Notes: generated from the sequence alone by a model not told the origin. 64,000 nucleotides of DNA from Chrysomallon squamiferum (GCA_012295275.1 CM022665.1:1860001-1924000), one strand, 5' to 3'. Counted from the first letter of the stretch, positions 40,302 through 61,314 are shown. Translations and numbers: made by a program.

Positions 40302-40921
40302 CTGACTATAACCTCGTATTTAACGTATTAGTGTATATTGTTAATTCTTTCATGTTCAGTGTGTAGATCTAGCTTCTGCTTACTTTTAATATGTTTTTTT
40401 ATTGCTTGAACAAACGTCGATTTATTTTTGTAACTATTTGTCAGTGTATTTATACTTTGCGAAATTACTGTGATAAAAGATATTTAAAAAAATAATAATA
40501 ATAATAAAAAAATAATAAAATACTTTCACATTTTTTCGTACGTACATGAATATCTTCAACATACTTTATCTCTCAAACAGTATTTTGCCGGTGACATATT
40601 GGTAGTTCTAACCCCCCACCCTGAACACATTTTTAGCTTTCTTTGTTTACCATATTTACTACTGTACTACATGACAAACAACAACATCCTGTTCATTTCT
40701 GCTGTTTTAATATATTTACCAATTTACTTGTTCATATTAATAAAGTATATTCGTCCAAAGGCAATAATTTGTTTATTTTATCTATTGTCATTTTCTTCAG
40801 GAAATTAGTCGAACACACCAAATATAAAAAGATACAAAATGTTTTTTTACTTAAAAAAAAAATTAAAAACGCATTTTAAAAATGTATATATTTTATTAAT
40901 AAAAATACACGTGTTAATGTA

Positions 40922-47850
<6,929 letters not shown>

Positions 47851-49016
47851 TATAAATCAAATTATGCGGAAAATAAAACAGATTGTGAGTGAACAAAATT
47901 TAATAACAGTTCTGTTAACCTGTATCGTTATATAATTTTATTGTTAGACCTTTAAAAATACTATTAATGCTAACATTTGGATGTATTAAATAAAACATCG
48001 ACTAAACGAATGTAAGAACGAGACCTAATTTGGTGTAATTTAGAGTTCTCTCCCTTATAAGTTAGTTTCGACAATTTCTATTTTGCGGAAAGATGGTAGC
48101 AAAACGTACGAAACTCATTGTAAAAAAATATATATTATTATAAATGCTAAATTGTAATGTAACAGATATACTTTCAGTTATTTATTTTAAGTTGTAAGTG
48201 CAAAACAACCACAATATTCTGTTTGTTTTGTTTTCTTAAATACTGTTACTAACAATTTGATATTCAGTCGGTTAAAAAGACCGTTATTTTAAATTATTTA
48301 ATGTTTCGTACCTTACAGTTACAAGTCTAGGTAGTTTCGTATCTTTTAAATCATGAAAATGCCAGCAGCGGAACAGTTTGTATAAGTATGTTGGTAGTGT
48401 TGGGGAAAAAAAACGCACAACACACAGACATACACACACACACACATTTAAAAAAAAACAAAAAAAAACAATAACGCAAAACGTTAGAATTCATTAATTT
48501 CACATGAAAACACAAAGGAATTGAAACTGAAAGATATAGGTAGAAAATGCAAGTAAGCAAAATCAGAAAAATGAAATTCAAACAAACCTTCAGTGTTTGT
48601 AAATTACCAGCTCAAATTTGAATGTAAGATTAAAACAGAAACTTGAAAGAGAAAAGACAGAAGAAGGAAAATATTGAAGTAATAAGCATTCTCAGGATCT
48701 TTGAAACGTTAAATTATTTAGTGAATAAAAATTGGCAAGAATTTTAAAATTCTATAATATTAAATTTTATTAAAACATTTTAAAATGTTACTTTTAAAAA
48801 TTTACATTAATTGTTGTTGTTGTTTGTTTTTTCATTTTTTGTTTTGCTCTGTATATTTATACAGCTATTATTTTTTTTCAGTAATGACTGTATTAAAATT
48901 CATTTAAGATACTCATTTTAGAAATTATTTCAGGTTAACAGACTTTACATACAAACTATTCCATAAAGTATGAACTGAATGTAGTCACAACTGGTGTAAC
49001 CCTGTGAGATTAAACC
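47851..49016. promoter_or_regulatory. Probable bidirectional promoter region between ADAT3 and the BTB-kelch gene
   Basis: Divergent start codons 1.17 kb apart, with locally more CpG. Transcription start sites cannot be determined from sequence. Confidence 0.5.
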
Positions 49017-50934
49017 ATGGATGGCAATGGTAGAACAATGGGATCAAAAGATCTGCATGCTTTGAGACTTCAGGATTTGCTTCATCAGCAGATGATAGAA
49101 AATTCAGAATTCTGTGATGTGGCTTTACTTATTGGTGATACGGTAAATAAATGCATTGAAATAGATTAAGAAAAATCACTTGATTAATTCAGAATTTAAG
49201 AAACTTAGTTAAAATTGTCAGCATTATTTCCTTTAATTATGTTTGAAATAATGGATTGTAATACTGATTTTATTTATTGGGGTTTTTTTATATTTTTTTT
49301 TTTTAAATAGACACTAGACATTTGTGAATGATAATTTTATGCTGCTCACTATATTTTTATGTTTTAGATTTTAAGCATATTTTTAGAATTTTATTTTAGT
49401 GTGATACTAATTCTTGTGAGATAATAATAATTATTTAAGATTTGAAGTGCTGTGAAGCAGTTGTTTATGCTTGTTTGTCATTATTTCAGGAGTTCAAGGC
49501 CCACTGGTGTGTTTTGGTGTCTTGTCCCTTCTTCCAGTCACTGTATGACAGTGGGATGAAAGAAAAGGTTGTTGGTAAGTTACTGTGTTAAAAATGAAGT
49601 TAAACATGCACTTACTGATTGGTAAATTCTATAGTAGGTACCGGCAGCCTAGCTGATATAATTGGTCGAAGCTGTTAAAAGTTCTGATTTTGTCCATTTT
49701 CCTCCACTCCCAAATCCCTTCTGTAAATCCTACCATAAAAAACAAATACATTTATCTAAAGATCTTTGTGCGCTCTTTTAAATGGTGTTGTTGTTCTTGT
49801 TGTATATTAAATCAGTTCTTTGTATGACAGTGTTAAACGTGGTAGGGGTAAACGCACTTTGGCACCTGTGGTCAGCAATTAATAGCATGGAGTAAAAAGT
49901 CCTAAAATAGGGTCACTCTACAAATGCCTGGCTTGTTTTCGCCAAAATGGCTTCAATGTTATTTTTAGCACAGATAGAAGGGTCAAAGTTCAGTCTTTCT
50001 AACTGCATGTCATCACTGGCAATGGCTTATATCAAAAGTTGTGTCCAAAAATTTACTTTTTCATGCCTTCAAACCAATTTTGAAAAGAACTGGCTGAAAA
50101 TATAACCTATGTTCACGGGATCAAATGAAAGTTCATTCAATTACCTTTCAAACAATGTGCGACACTACAGTGTGTCTTCTTTGGCAAAAAGAAGCTCCGT
50201 GTTTGAAAGTAGCATGTGCTTAGCAAAATAGCCATTGCGTTACGTTTTCTACAGAACAAAATCACCGTTGATTTTATGTACAGCTAGAAAGGTCTGGCGC
50301 TGTTTAAAATGATTATATTTATATGTTGTTTATAATTTTAATATCTTATTGGCTGTATGTTTTTCTTCAATGTTCCTACTTTTAGCATCTACATTATAGC
50401 ACTTGTGTTGCGAATTTGCGTTCTGAAATAAACAAATTAACATTGTTTTGCTGATTACTATCTTCCATTTAAAACCATTGATTATTCTTCTTTCAAAATT
50501 CTTGCGATAAATGGCAAATTAAGAATCGTAAACATAACAAACTATACAACATAATAGAACAATGTATTCAGAGGTATTGATGGAATGCTGAATACAAATT
50601 TAATCACTTTTTTAAAATATAAAATCATAAATTGATCATTTTTAAACATTATTTTTGCTTGTTGATAAGCTTTATCAGAGAAAATTTCAACAGTGGTCAG
50701 ATAATACACAACTTATGTTTGCTGTCAAATCACAGCAAGTACAAAGCTAAGAAAATTATTTTATGTTTGCTTCAAATGACAGACTTACAACACCTGTGTC
50801 TTTAATTGCCTCTAGTCTCATGATTACATAAATTTTATTGTCACTTTCTGGAGTTGACTGTAAGGATTAGCTGAGTTTATGTATTGCAAAGGATTATGGT
50901 TAAACATCAAATGCTTGTAGACCTTTTAAGTAAC

Positions 50935-50971
<37 letters not shown>

Positions 50972-53611
50972 ATATACTCATCACAGTATCTTAACTTATT
51001 ACTACTAATTATTTAATAGAGTGAAAATTCAAGCTGCTTATGTAAATAAAGTTGTGCTGTTCTATATAAATTGAAAAGGTAATATTTTTTTATGAGCATA
51101 AGAAATGTTTTTTTACTTTTTATTAAAAATGTTAGATTCAAGTACGTCATTTGAAAGATCTTGATAAATTGTTCACAACACAGGTTGAATTTGTCAAATA
51201 ACTGATTCCACAGTGTCTATTTGCACTTATAATCATTCTGCCATGTGTCATTTTGAAGATTTCGGCATGTTTAGCATGTTATTGTGAACACACATACAAA
51301 CATACAGATCTGAAAAAAATTGACCTCATTTAGCAAGTTGGTCCAATCACTCTTGTTGATTTTCAGCCTTTTGTGTCAATTACTTTTCAAACTACAGTTG
51401 GCCAAAGTAGCCCTTTCTGCTAATTAGCCAAAATAGGGCTAAAAAACAACCAAATACCTGTCATACCGATTTGCATATATCTTCTGAACCGCTGGAGTCG
51501 TAATTTTTTGTTTGTTTTCATTCTTTTTGCTACAGCTTTCATAATGTGCTAATTTTTTGCATATTATGTGAAATTAAAGTCAGAAAAAATTTGCCTGCCG
51601 GTACCTATCTATAGTAAAATATATGTTTTTTACATTTGTTTTGATTATTATAGTTATTATATTGTAATTATTAATTAAATGCCATGTGTTTTTTTTTCTC
51701 ACTAAATCCAAATAAGGGTTAACATTTTAATAAAATGAAATCCAATTGATGTTTCTTATTTGAATCAGTGATATAATAACTGTTTAAAATTGTCTTTCAG
51801 GTACAATCACTCTAAAGTTTGGAACTCCTTGGGCCATGAGAGATGCCATTAAATTTCTTTATCTGGGCTGTGTGAGGGTTTCCTTAGAAAATGTAAAGGA
51901 TCTTCTTGAAGCTGCTGAATATCTTCAGATATCCGAGTTAAAGAAATGTTGCAGTGATTATCTGTACAGTATAGATCTCACTGTCGATAATTGTGTCAGT
52001 CTTTCCCTGCTGTCCAGTCTGTATGACCTAGAATTGTACAACAAAACATTCCAGTACCTAAGAGGCCACTTGCCTGATGTGATGAATAAAGATGAGATGC
52101 TGGAGCTGACCAAAGACTCCATAATGTCTTTTCTTGTAGATGAAACTCTAACATATGTTCGACAAATAGACTTTTTCAAATTTATTGTTCGCTGGACTAA
52201 TCATGATCTAGAGAAGCGAAAAGGACATTTTTCAGAGTTGTTTACGTCACTGGATCTAAGTAAAATTGGCAAAACACATCTTGAAGAGGAAATAGAATCC
52301 AATGAGCTAGTTGTTAGTGATGAAAAGTGCAAGATCCATGTTCTCAATGTTAAACTGAAACATATGTCAGGTCTTCTTTCTGAAACTTCTGATCATAAAG
52401 AAGTTATTTTGTTGTGTGGTGGCAGTGGCCCAGGTGTTTATATTGGCCACTTTATGCTCCCATTCTCTGATTTTATGGCAGTGAGTAATGTATTTGCATA
52501 CATCGTTGAAGAGAAACGATGGACTGAATTGTCACCACTTCCCTATGCCATCAGGCGTCCAATGTTAATCTGTGATAATGCTGGCAATTTTTATGTGTAT
52601 GACATTTCTCAAAGCTTGGAAGGATCATACATATTTCAGTTTAAGGTTACTGAAAGGACTTGGTCCAGCATCAAGGTGTCATTTCCCAGTAATTGTGAGA
52701 ATGTATCTGTTCAGAGCATGTTGTGTTGTTCTGATCGGATCTTTTTTGTGGCATCAGGAATGGTAAAGAAATCTCGTCAAGGGGGTGCAGCTGCAGCAAG
52801 TAGCAGTCCTCCTCTGTCATGGAGTTGCTTTCTTATGGAGGTCAACCGAGAGGGTAATGAAAGTCAAATATGCTGTAATCTGTTTCCCAGAAATGTGAAC
52901 ACTGAAATCAAAGCATGCGTGTTCAAAAATATGTACATTTGTGTGAGTGGCTGGAAGTGTGGGGAAAAACAGGGAAAGAGTTGCCGATCCAACAGCAGGT
53001 TTATATACTATGATGTCAGACAAGGAAGAAGAAATGATGGGTCCAAAGGCAGCCATTTTGAATCATGTATGCTTCCTTACCAAGATGGAATCCTTATTGG
53101 TAAACCAGGCAAGACCAGTGTGAGAATGTTCTCATTCAGAGACCGCAGATGGAGACTGCAAAGGGATCTTGGTATTCCTTTGCCCCCAGAACATTCAGAT
53201 CGCTCGGACTACTCCTACCTGTGTTACAACGAAGAACTGTACGTCTTTGGAGGGAAAAGTCAAGATACACGGCAGCCTCTGAAGACTGTTTTCAAGTACA
53301 ATCTTGAAAAAAAAATATGGCTGAAGCTGGAAGACATGCCAGAGTCTTTGATGGGAAGTGGAGTTGCTATTGGCCGACTTCCCACAGAACAGGTTTGCTG
53401 TCACATCAACTGTCCACACTGTCAGTACATAACACGACGCAGCCAGGCCACTTATGACATAACATTTTCTGATCCCGATGAAGATGACGACTATTCTTAT
53501 GATGATTATTCCTACGAGTACTCCAATCACTCCTATCTCTGGGATGACGATGATGGTGATGTTGATGATGAGGATTTATTGGAGCCAGGCTATGATTATT
53601 GGGGATACTGA
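49017..53611 (+). CDS. BTB-BACK-kelch (KLHL/KBTBD-like) protein
   Basis: Exons 49017-49142 (FCDVALLIG), 49490-49574 (FKAHWCVLVSCPFFQSLYDSGMKE), 51801-53611 (LLEAAEYLQI, BACK domain, kelch-like LYVFGG...VFKYN...W). Confidence 0.9.
49635..51607. mobile_element. Non-autonomous DNA transposon (hAT-like), ~1.97 kb, in intron 2 of the kelch gene
   Basis: Perfect 13-bp TIR TAGGTACCGGCAG / CTGCCGGTACCTA. Perfect flanking direct repeat TCTATAG (49628-49634 and 51608-51614). No long ORF. Confidence 0.85.
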
Positions 53612-53754
53612 AATTAATCTGATAATAACAGAAGGGAACCAGCTTGTCATTTCCTATTCTAAGGATTTTAAAGTATTTTTCTGGAATTTTCTATTTTAAT
53701 GTTCACATTTAAATGCATCCTTTGGTCTTATTGTATTAGCTAAAATACCAAAGC

Positions 53755-54297
53755 ATATTTTTAGGTTGGAATATAACTGAAATATAATTTATCAGTAATG
53801 ATTGCAGGTGATAAAGCATTATTAGTTATCATAATAAGCATATTTATTTCCAAATTAAATTTTTCTGTTCAGTTAAAATTATCTTTGTAATTGTACACTT
53901 TGTTTATAGATGACATTTTTTAATTTTTCACAATAGAAATTTGCTGGTAGTTGGATTGTAAGTTTACTAGTGTTAATGTTACAAACATAACAACTTAATA
54001 TTAGTTAAAATACTAAAATGTATTTTTAGGTTGGTATATAACTGAAGTATAATTTAACAGTAGTGATTGCAAGTGATAAAGCAGTAATTATTAGTTATCA
54101 TAATAAACATATGTATTTCCAAACTGAATTTTTCTGATCAGTAAAAATTATCTTTGTGATTATACATTTTGTTTGTTGGTGACATTTTTGAATTTTTCAC
54201 ATTGAAATTTGTTGGTAGTTGGATTGTAACTTTTTACTAGTGTTCTTGTTTTGTTTATTTTAAAATTTTAAAATGTTACAAACATAACCACTTAATC
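53755..54297 (+). repeat. Two-copy ~265-bp tandem duplication downstream of the kelch stop codon (probable 3' UTR)
   Basis: TATTTTTAGGTTGG(A/T)ATATAACTGAA... to ...AATGTTACAAACATAAC(A/C)ACTTAAT occurs from 53755 and again from 54021. Confidence 0.85.
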
Positions 54298-56633
54298 AAC
54301 ATACTATGCCTTAATCATTATTTTACAACTGTATTTTACTATTTAAATTATCATAGTAATGGTTCATTTGGATATTAATATTTATGTTTTTAGTATAGAC
54401 CAGCATTTGAACATCTTTTGGTTGAAGAATATATTTGGATAAATCCCTTAAATACTATTTCTTTTAAAGTGTTCTGTTTTGTGTTTCAGAGTGAGATAAA
54501 TTATTGATATTTATGTTGAAAATAGTTGACCATATCCCAAAATCTGGTTTACCTGCCAGATTATTCAAATTCAAATTTTAACTCCTCATCTCAGCTCCCA
54601 TCAGAATAGTATGTTTAATAGTTTTAGCAAACATTTAACCTATTGTTCACTGAGGTCAGTGAATCTTTTTGGCCTTAACCTTAATATTGTTTTGAATTGA
54701 TTAATTATTTCATATTTTGATTTGTGAATTATATTGTTAACTGATTAATATTAATGTTAGGTAAAATTTGTACAAAAGTCTTTAATTCTTACACAGATGT
54801 TGGTTTTTATTTTATTCCTTCCATTTCTGGAAAATAATTTAAATTTTACAGTAAAAATGTACAACTTGGTTTACAAAATACAATGTCATTTTAAAAATGA
54901 TTATTATATATATTTTTTTGCTATTGATCACAATTGTCTTACTTTTTACCTGAATTCTTTGTGATGGTATAAATGTATTAATTTTATTTCAAGTTCCTGT
55001 TTAATGATAGATGGTTCCCTACATTCTTTTGTTTATTTTTGGTACTAGTTTTAAAAAGTTATCATTTATTCAAGCTGTTACATAATTCACTGTATAAACA
55101 TGTTTAATCTTTTGTTTTGAAATTGCTTTTCGTTAATAAAACGTTAAACTGAAGATATTTTATTGTTGATTCTTAATTCCCAAAGAAGGAAAGAATGGCA
55201 AAGAAGTCTTGGATAGTTCTATAAATATGTCTTAAAAACAACAAAATTGTTATTTTTTTTATACACACATTAACCATCAAAAAGCTGGAAGTGATTGCAT
55301 AATAATCAGCTGATCAATAAAATGAAAATTGAAAGTGGCCAACACAGGCATATCCCATTTATCCCTTTAGAGGACATGGAAATCCAAAATGTTACTTAGA
55401 AAGTCCCACCACCATTATCTGTTGTCAAAGAATGTTTTATTGGTGTATACAAATGTAAAAATTATGACGTTAAATATTCTATTCTACCTGAAACATTGCT
55501 ACATTATTTGTATCTGTATGTAGCAGGAAATGAAATATACATAATTATTGCACTAAGTATTTAAAACTACTTTTTACCCCAGTTTTAATTATGCTATTTT
55601 ATTTTGATGAGATGAATCAGCTTTTGTCTTCAAACTGTGTAGAAGAATTATTGAAAGTTGTATTGGAAATAAATGTTTTCTATTTGTTTGACAAAATGTT
55701 CTGGCCAATTATAATTACCTATCCCCACATTTTTTCTTTAAAAATAATCACTTCAAAAAGTGCTGTATCCTTAGAGTTTAAGAATATTTTTCATTTCTAC
55801 ATATGAAATAATTGTATTATGATGGAAAATGTCCACCTCTTAACAACCTCAAAATCTTTTGCTATATTTTCAACAAACATCTTTATAAGTATCATGAAAA
55901 AATACATTAAATTCATAGCTAAATAGAGTTATTTGTAATGTTCAAGAAAAGGCTATATATATATAAATAGATAAAAAAATAATAATAAAAAATAAATAAA
56001 TTAAAAAACAAAATCCACGTAACATTTTCTATCAAGTTCCTACCAAAATTATTTCATAACATCAATATTAGTAATGCTAGATTTATTTATGCATTAAAAT
56101 GTTCAAATCTGAATTTGGCTTATTAAACTTTTAGTCCATATATCTTCGTAATACTATAAATTGCTTCTAAAAGAACAAAAAAATACACTGTCTTAAAATG
56201 TATTTTTGTAAAGTTTTTCTTAGGTCTGGTGATTAAATAGTCAGTATTTATCATTAAATATTACATTACATATTTATGCTAACAAACTTATTTTAACTAA
56301 AATCTATGGATTATGTATTTTATTCGCTAGTTTTAAAGACTGCGGTGTTATATTTAAAATACAATAACATTCAATCACTTACTCTCAGTAATAATAATAA
56401 TAATAATATAATAATAATAATAATAATAATAACAATAATAAGAATAAGAATAAGAATAAAAAGAATAATAATAAGGTGAATGACTTTATTTCATATATAG
56501 AAAATATTAAGTGCTAGTTTGTCTAATTAATAATAAATTCTACTGTGTTTATAATATGTTTGAAATATATTTCCGATATGGTACAAAAATATTTCATTTA
56601 ACATATCCAATTAATATCTGCTCATTTAAATGG

Positions 56634-58871
56634 TTAAATCATGTACATATTTTTTGTGTTACTCAAACAGTGTGATAGGACTGTTTCGACTGAAATGTTT
56701 TTCAGACGTGCCACTTCAACAGCAACAACAACTGCCATTCCTGGGTGAGAAACAGGCAGTTCATTCCGTGGAACCTGAATTTAAAAAAAAAGAAAAAACA
56801 AAAAACAAAGCTATTAGCAATAATGTCAGCTCAGTATATGTGATATGATATTTACAAATGTGCATATATATTGTAAAGGAAGCAGAACGAAAATTTAATG
56901 TAGAAATAAGATAACGTTTTTCAAAATATAATCATAATGCATAAAATTAAACCATAAATCAATTTCTGCTAATGATAGAACAGATAAAAAGAAAATATTA
57001 TTTACTGTTGAAGGAACAAAGTATGGAGCATCAGTTTCAAGCAACAATTTGTCAAGGGAAATGTTTTGAGCCACCTCCTGGATTGGTTTGGCAGTTGTAT
57101 AAGTGACCAATGGAGTTAACCCAATATACAGATTAGAAAACTTATTCAACCATTTTTTGCAACTGGCATAATTTCCAGTAAAGCAATGTAAATGGATCTT
57201 GTAATTTGTTGGAACAATCTGAAAAAATAATAAAATAAATAAATAAATGAATGAATGAATGAATTTTATTTATTTATTTTCAGTGTTTGTAAAAAATTAA
57301 ATTTTTATTAATTCTTACAGTCAGCAAGGATGTTTCTGATAAATTATTTTTTGTTCTAGTGTATGTTATTTACAATGTGTTAAATAAACACTAACATTGT
57401 AACTATATAACTAAGTTCACCAACTGTCACATAAAAAAAGCGAATTCAAAAAAAAAAAAAAAAATAATAATAATAATAATAAAATACCCTCAATGAACAA
57501 TTAACTTAATACCAATATTTTACCTTGTATTTTTTTAATGTCAAAATAAAAAATTACAAGAATGTGTCATTAACTTAAACTATTTGTTTTTTTAACCAAA
57601 CTATTTTTTGTTTTCAGCCAATACAAGAAAAGAAAAGCTAAGCAGTTCAATTTACCTTTTCCATTATCTTCAGACAGTCATTTTCTGCATCTCTGCAATG
57701 GATCACAATTGGTTTTTTTACTTCTATAGCAAACTTCAGTTGTTTGATGAAGACAGATTGCTGGACTTCCTTATGCTGATAAAACCTTTTAATAACAACA
57801 GTCAGTTTATACTTGTTATTTCACTTGCTAAATTTCACCAATTCAAACATTTCAGGACTTTTTTTTATAACGAAAAATTATTTCAGTGTTGCTTTTCTTA
57901 TATAAAAGCATACAGACTGATTTGTTCAAACCATAACAATTGAAACAGTCACCTGATAGGAAACAGAAACTTTTAATATATTTATTTTTGTTTTTAAAAT
58001 ATCTGAAATTGTAAACAATAAATCACATCAAAAATAAAATTTGAAGTAGTTTTCTTTCTTACGTTCCAGAATAGTCAAGGCCAATTTCTCCAACAGCAAC
58101 AACTTTGGGATGCTGAACACAAATTTTCAAATTATTAAATAAGGTGTCGTTTAATCGAAAGGCATGCTTTGGGTGGCAACCCATTGCAATGTAAATAGTT
58201 GACTTGATGTCCATCACAAGGTCAAACCAGAGACCCTCTTAAATAAAAATTTATAAAATGAAATTATATATTACAAAAACAGTTTGACAGTGTGATAGAC
58301 TGGGTTATGATTAACTAGTCTGTTTTGGAAATTAGACAAACATTTCAACTCTTCATTGTATTTTATCAGTACTTTAGATTGTCATTTTGAAAAAGGATTC
58401 AGAAGAACAAAAATGCTCATTTTTATTAAATTGTATACATCTGAAAAACTCTTTGATTAAATAAAATTGTCTAGACTCACCCTGAGGTATAAATGAAGCA
58501 GGGTTGCAGAACACAGCTATGCAGCCAGAGAAGTTTTCAGGAAATGTCTCTTTATTCTGTTGCCTGAAATTTTCAAATGTACCCTGAAAATGAACTCTAT
58601 CAAACAGAAAATCAAGATGACAATGAGAATCAATAAATGGCATAGAAAATCCACAAAATTTTCTTTTGAATTTTTCCTTCCAGTCAAAAGGTGGTGAACT
58701 GGGAGATGTGTTATCATGCAATCTATAACCAAAAGAACTGGAATCTTGTAGATTCATCTTTTCAAATTTATTAAATAAAGAACACATGTTCTTTGATTCT
58801 GAAAACTTTCTTGTGCATTCCACTGGAGCTATACATGTTGTTGTAGGAGATGTGGATTCCCTGTCAGACAT
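56634..58871 (-). CDS. TatD-family nuclease (TATDN2-like)
   Basis: Intact exons: ...58871-58481 (FIDSHCHLDFL), 58237-58063 (GCHPKHA, GEIGLDY), 57785-57656 (VIHCRDA), 57218-57006 (HLHCFTG, LLETDAPYF), 56774-56634 (SHPG, stop TAA). The start is uncertain; the first ATG after the last upstream disruption is at 58871. Confidence 0.88.
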
Positions 58872-60490
58872 TAATTCACTCTGAGAGAAAAACACAGCTT
58901 TTTCTTCTAAACTACATGCTGGTATTGATTCTGATGGGCTAAATGTTCTTGAAGATATATTGTTAGACTGTTAATTAATTTCAGTATTTAACACATGTTT
59001 TGAAATAAGATCACTGGAGATGTATTTTGAAGTGTCTTTAGGCTGATGTTCAGCAATATAAGAGTAGGGATAGAAATTTGGATAAATTTCTACCTGGATC
59101 AACACATGAATAATGAATGTCTGGTTCAGTTTTCTCTACTCTAGTACAATCTTCACATGCAATATCAGATTTACTGTTCCTATGAGTCATGGTTTCCCTA
59201 ATATTAAGATCCACAGCAGTCTTTTTCCCTTTAGTATTAGTGAGATCCACTAATACTTTCTTCACTGAGAATGTTATCTATATTTCTGCACGATATCTTT
59301 AAATGAGGTTCAGTCTCTACACTCCTGTGATCCCCTGCAGTTTCTGTTTCAGTATCATTTGTATTGTCAGCCTGTTTCTGAAATAAATTTTCAGATAAAT
59401 AAGTGTCATCAAAATCTAAAAACAAAACAACATTTAAAATCAAAATTGTTGATCAATTCATGTTAGTGAGAAAATCTATATTATTGACAGATGCATACAT
59501 TGTTCATCAGTAATATAAATCTCTATTATTATCTGTATTTTAAAACAGTTGCTTGAAATAACGCATGTTAGATGATGAGAAAAATATGTGGCAAATAACA
59601 GAAATTACATTTCTGATCAATTGGAAATCTTACTTTAAACAAGAATGTAAAAGCCATTTTTCTTTTTGAAAAAGGATGAAGCTATATTAAATTCTTACTG
59701 CGATGTTGCAACTGATACACTTGTCTTTGAACAGAATTATGAGGTTCACTTTGATATAGATCACCCCCCAATGATATGGGATGGTTCAGAAGGTGCTGAT
59801 CTGGATTTCAGTCTCAAAGTTACAAAAACAAAATCTATCTGAAAAGACATATTGATTAATAATTAAATACAGTTCATACACAGCTTTCTTGGAAATACTG
59901 TCATTTTATTTAATGCGTTTTCTTCTCAAAACTCACTACTAAAAGGATTTCCTCATCAATGTTGCCAACCATGAATATGTTCTTGAATAACAATTAATTT
60001 TTCAAATAATTTAAGAAGTGACATCATTCAAACTTTATTCAGAGATTTGTGTATTTCTAACCTATTCGATTTTCAAAAAAGTTTCAGAACGACCTTGCTG
60101 AAATTCAATAATTCAAACACTTATATCTACAAGAAATATATTTTATTTTCCAACAAAGTGTGGTTAAAATCTTGCTGATAAACAATTTTCTTAAATTATG
60201 TTCAACAATTGTATATTTGCTCCTCCTGTATTGACAAAAATGTGATTTTTGGCTTTTTCCATCTTTGATGAATATTATCATCTTCCAAACAACTACAATT
60301 TGTACTATATCATTAACAAAAATGTTTGTGAAAACAGATTAAAATTCATTCTGGTAACATGTAAATTAATTAATAGTTGGATCTATCAGTTCTTAAGTTC
60401 ACTATTTTTGTTCTGGAATTCATTTATTTTCTGTTAAATACAAATTAATGTAGTTTTTAAGAACATTATTTTCTGAACTCCCAATTTCTG
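58872..60490 (-). pseudogene. Disrupted N-terminal exons of the TatD gene
   Basis: The exon starting at acceptor 59415 has two frame changes and an in-frame TAA at 58973-58971. Exon-like segment 59838-59699 is closed in all three frames unless one base is removed. Confidence 0.5.
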
Positions 60491-61314
60491 AGATTTAAAT
60501 AAAAAAATGTATAGATGATCTGTTAGTATTTGATAAGTATTTTATTAGTTAAAACTTGCTTTTGCCTTTATCAACAAATAGATCTAGTTTAAACATAATG
60601 CATGAACAATTTAAAGATGATTAATCAGCATTTCAGATATGTGGAGAAAATAAAATGAATACAGACAACAAATTAAAATTAAATTAAGCTAAATAACTGA
60701 AAGTAATCAATTACGATTATAACTATAAGAACGAAAACATGAAAGTTTATAATAGATTTTGTGGCACTTTTTAAATTTTCGGCGGATACTTTCTCTTAAA
60801 CGTCAGCAGTCACTGTTATCTGTATGATTAAATAAAGCCTCAAACACTGTTTTAATAGATTCACTAAAATAAGACGCAATAAAATAACTGCAGCAGATAT
60901 ATATATATTTTGTAAATATCTCGCTCACACTTCTGAGTTTTCGCAAACGTATTTTATTTTGTCATTTAATATTACTTTATGGTGCGCGATCTCGATGCGC
61001 GTTTCATTTATGGTTATAAAAGAAAGGGAAAAAAACAACAACAACAACAACAACAAAACACACATACCACATACTAAAAAAAAAAAAAAAAAAAAACGGC
61101 GCACCTCGGCTCTCTGGTTACAGCAAACGAAGAATTATTATTTCCCCCCACTCCTTTAATTTTACACACTCAGACAGAGTGACTAGTTTTTAGCCCATTT
61201 CCGATTAATTTTATTTGCACGTGATGTTAAGGCATTGAAATATACAATTTATTTTTTTATTTATTTTTTTTAAATTCATCTGTTGTGCATGATTATTTCA
61301 GAATTATAATTATT

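Larger units (their letters stand above)
38287..40520. repeat. Three-copy tandem duplication (units ~0.6-1.0 kb) carrying the vault-RNA-like genes
   Basis: Units start near 38287, 38897 and 39901 (ATTTAATAAATATTTCAGACAAAACTC...). They are near-identical apart from unit-specific deletions. Confidence 0.92.

Noticed and set aside
38287-40520. CRISPR-like or satellite array
   Set aside because: Eukaryotic DNA; only three long units with no repeat/unique-spacer pattern.
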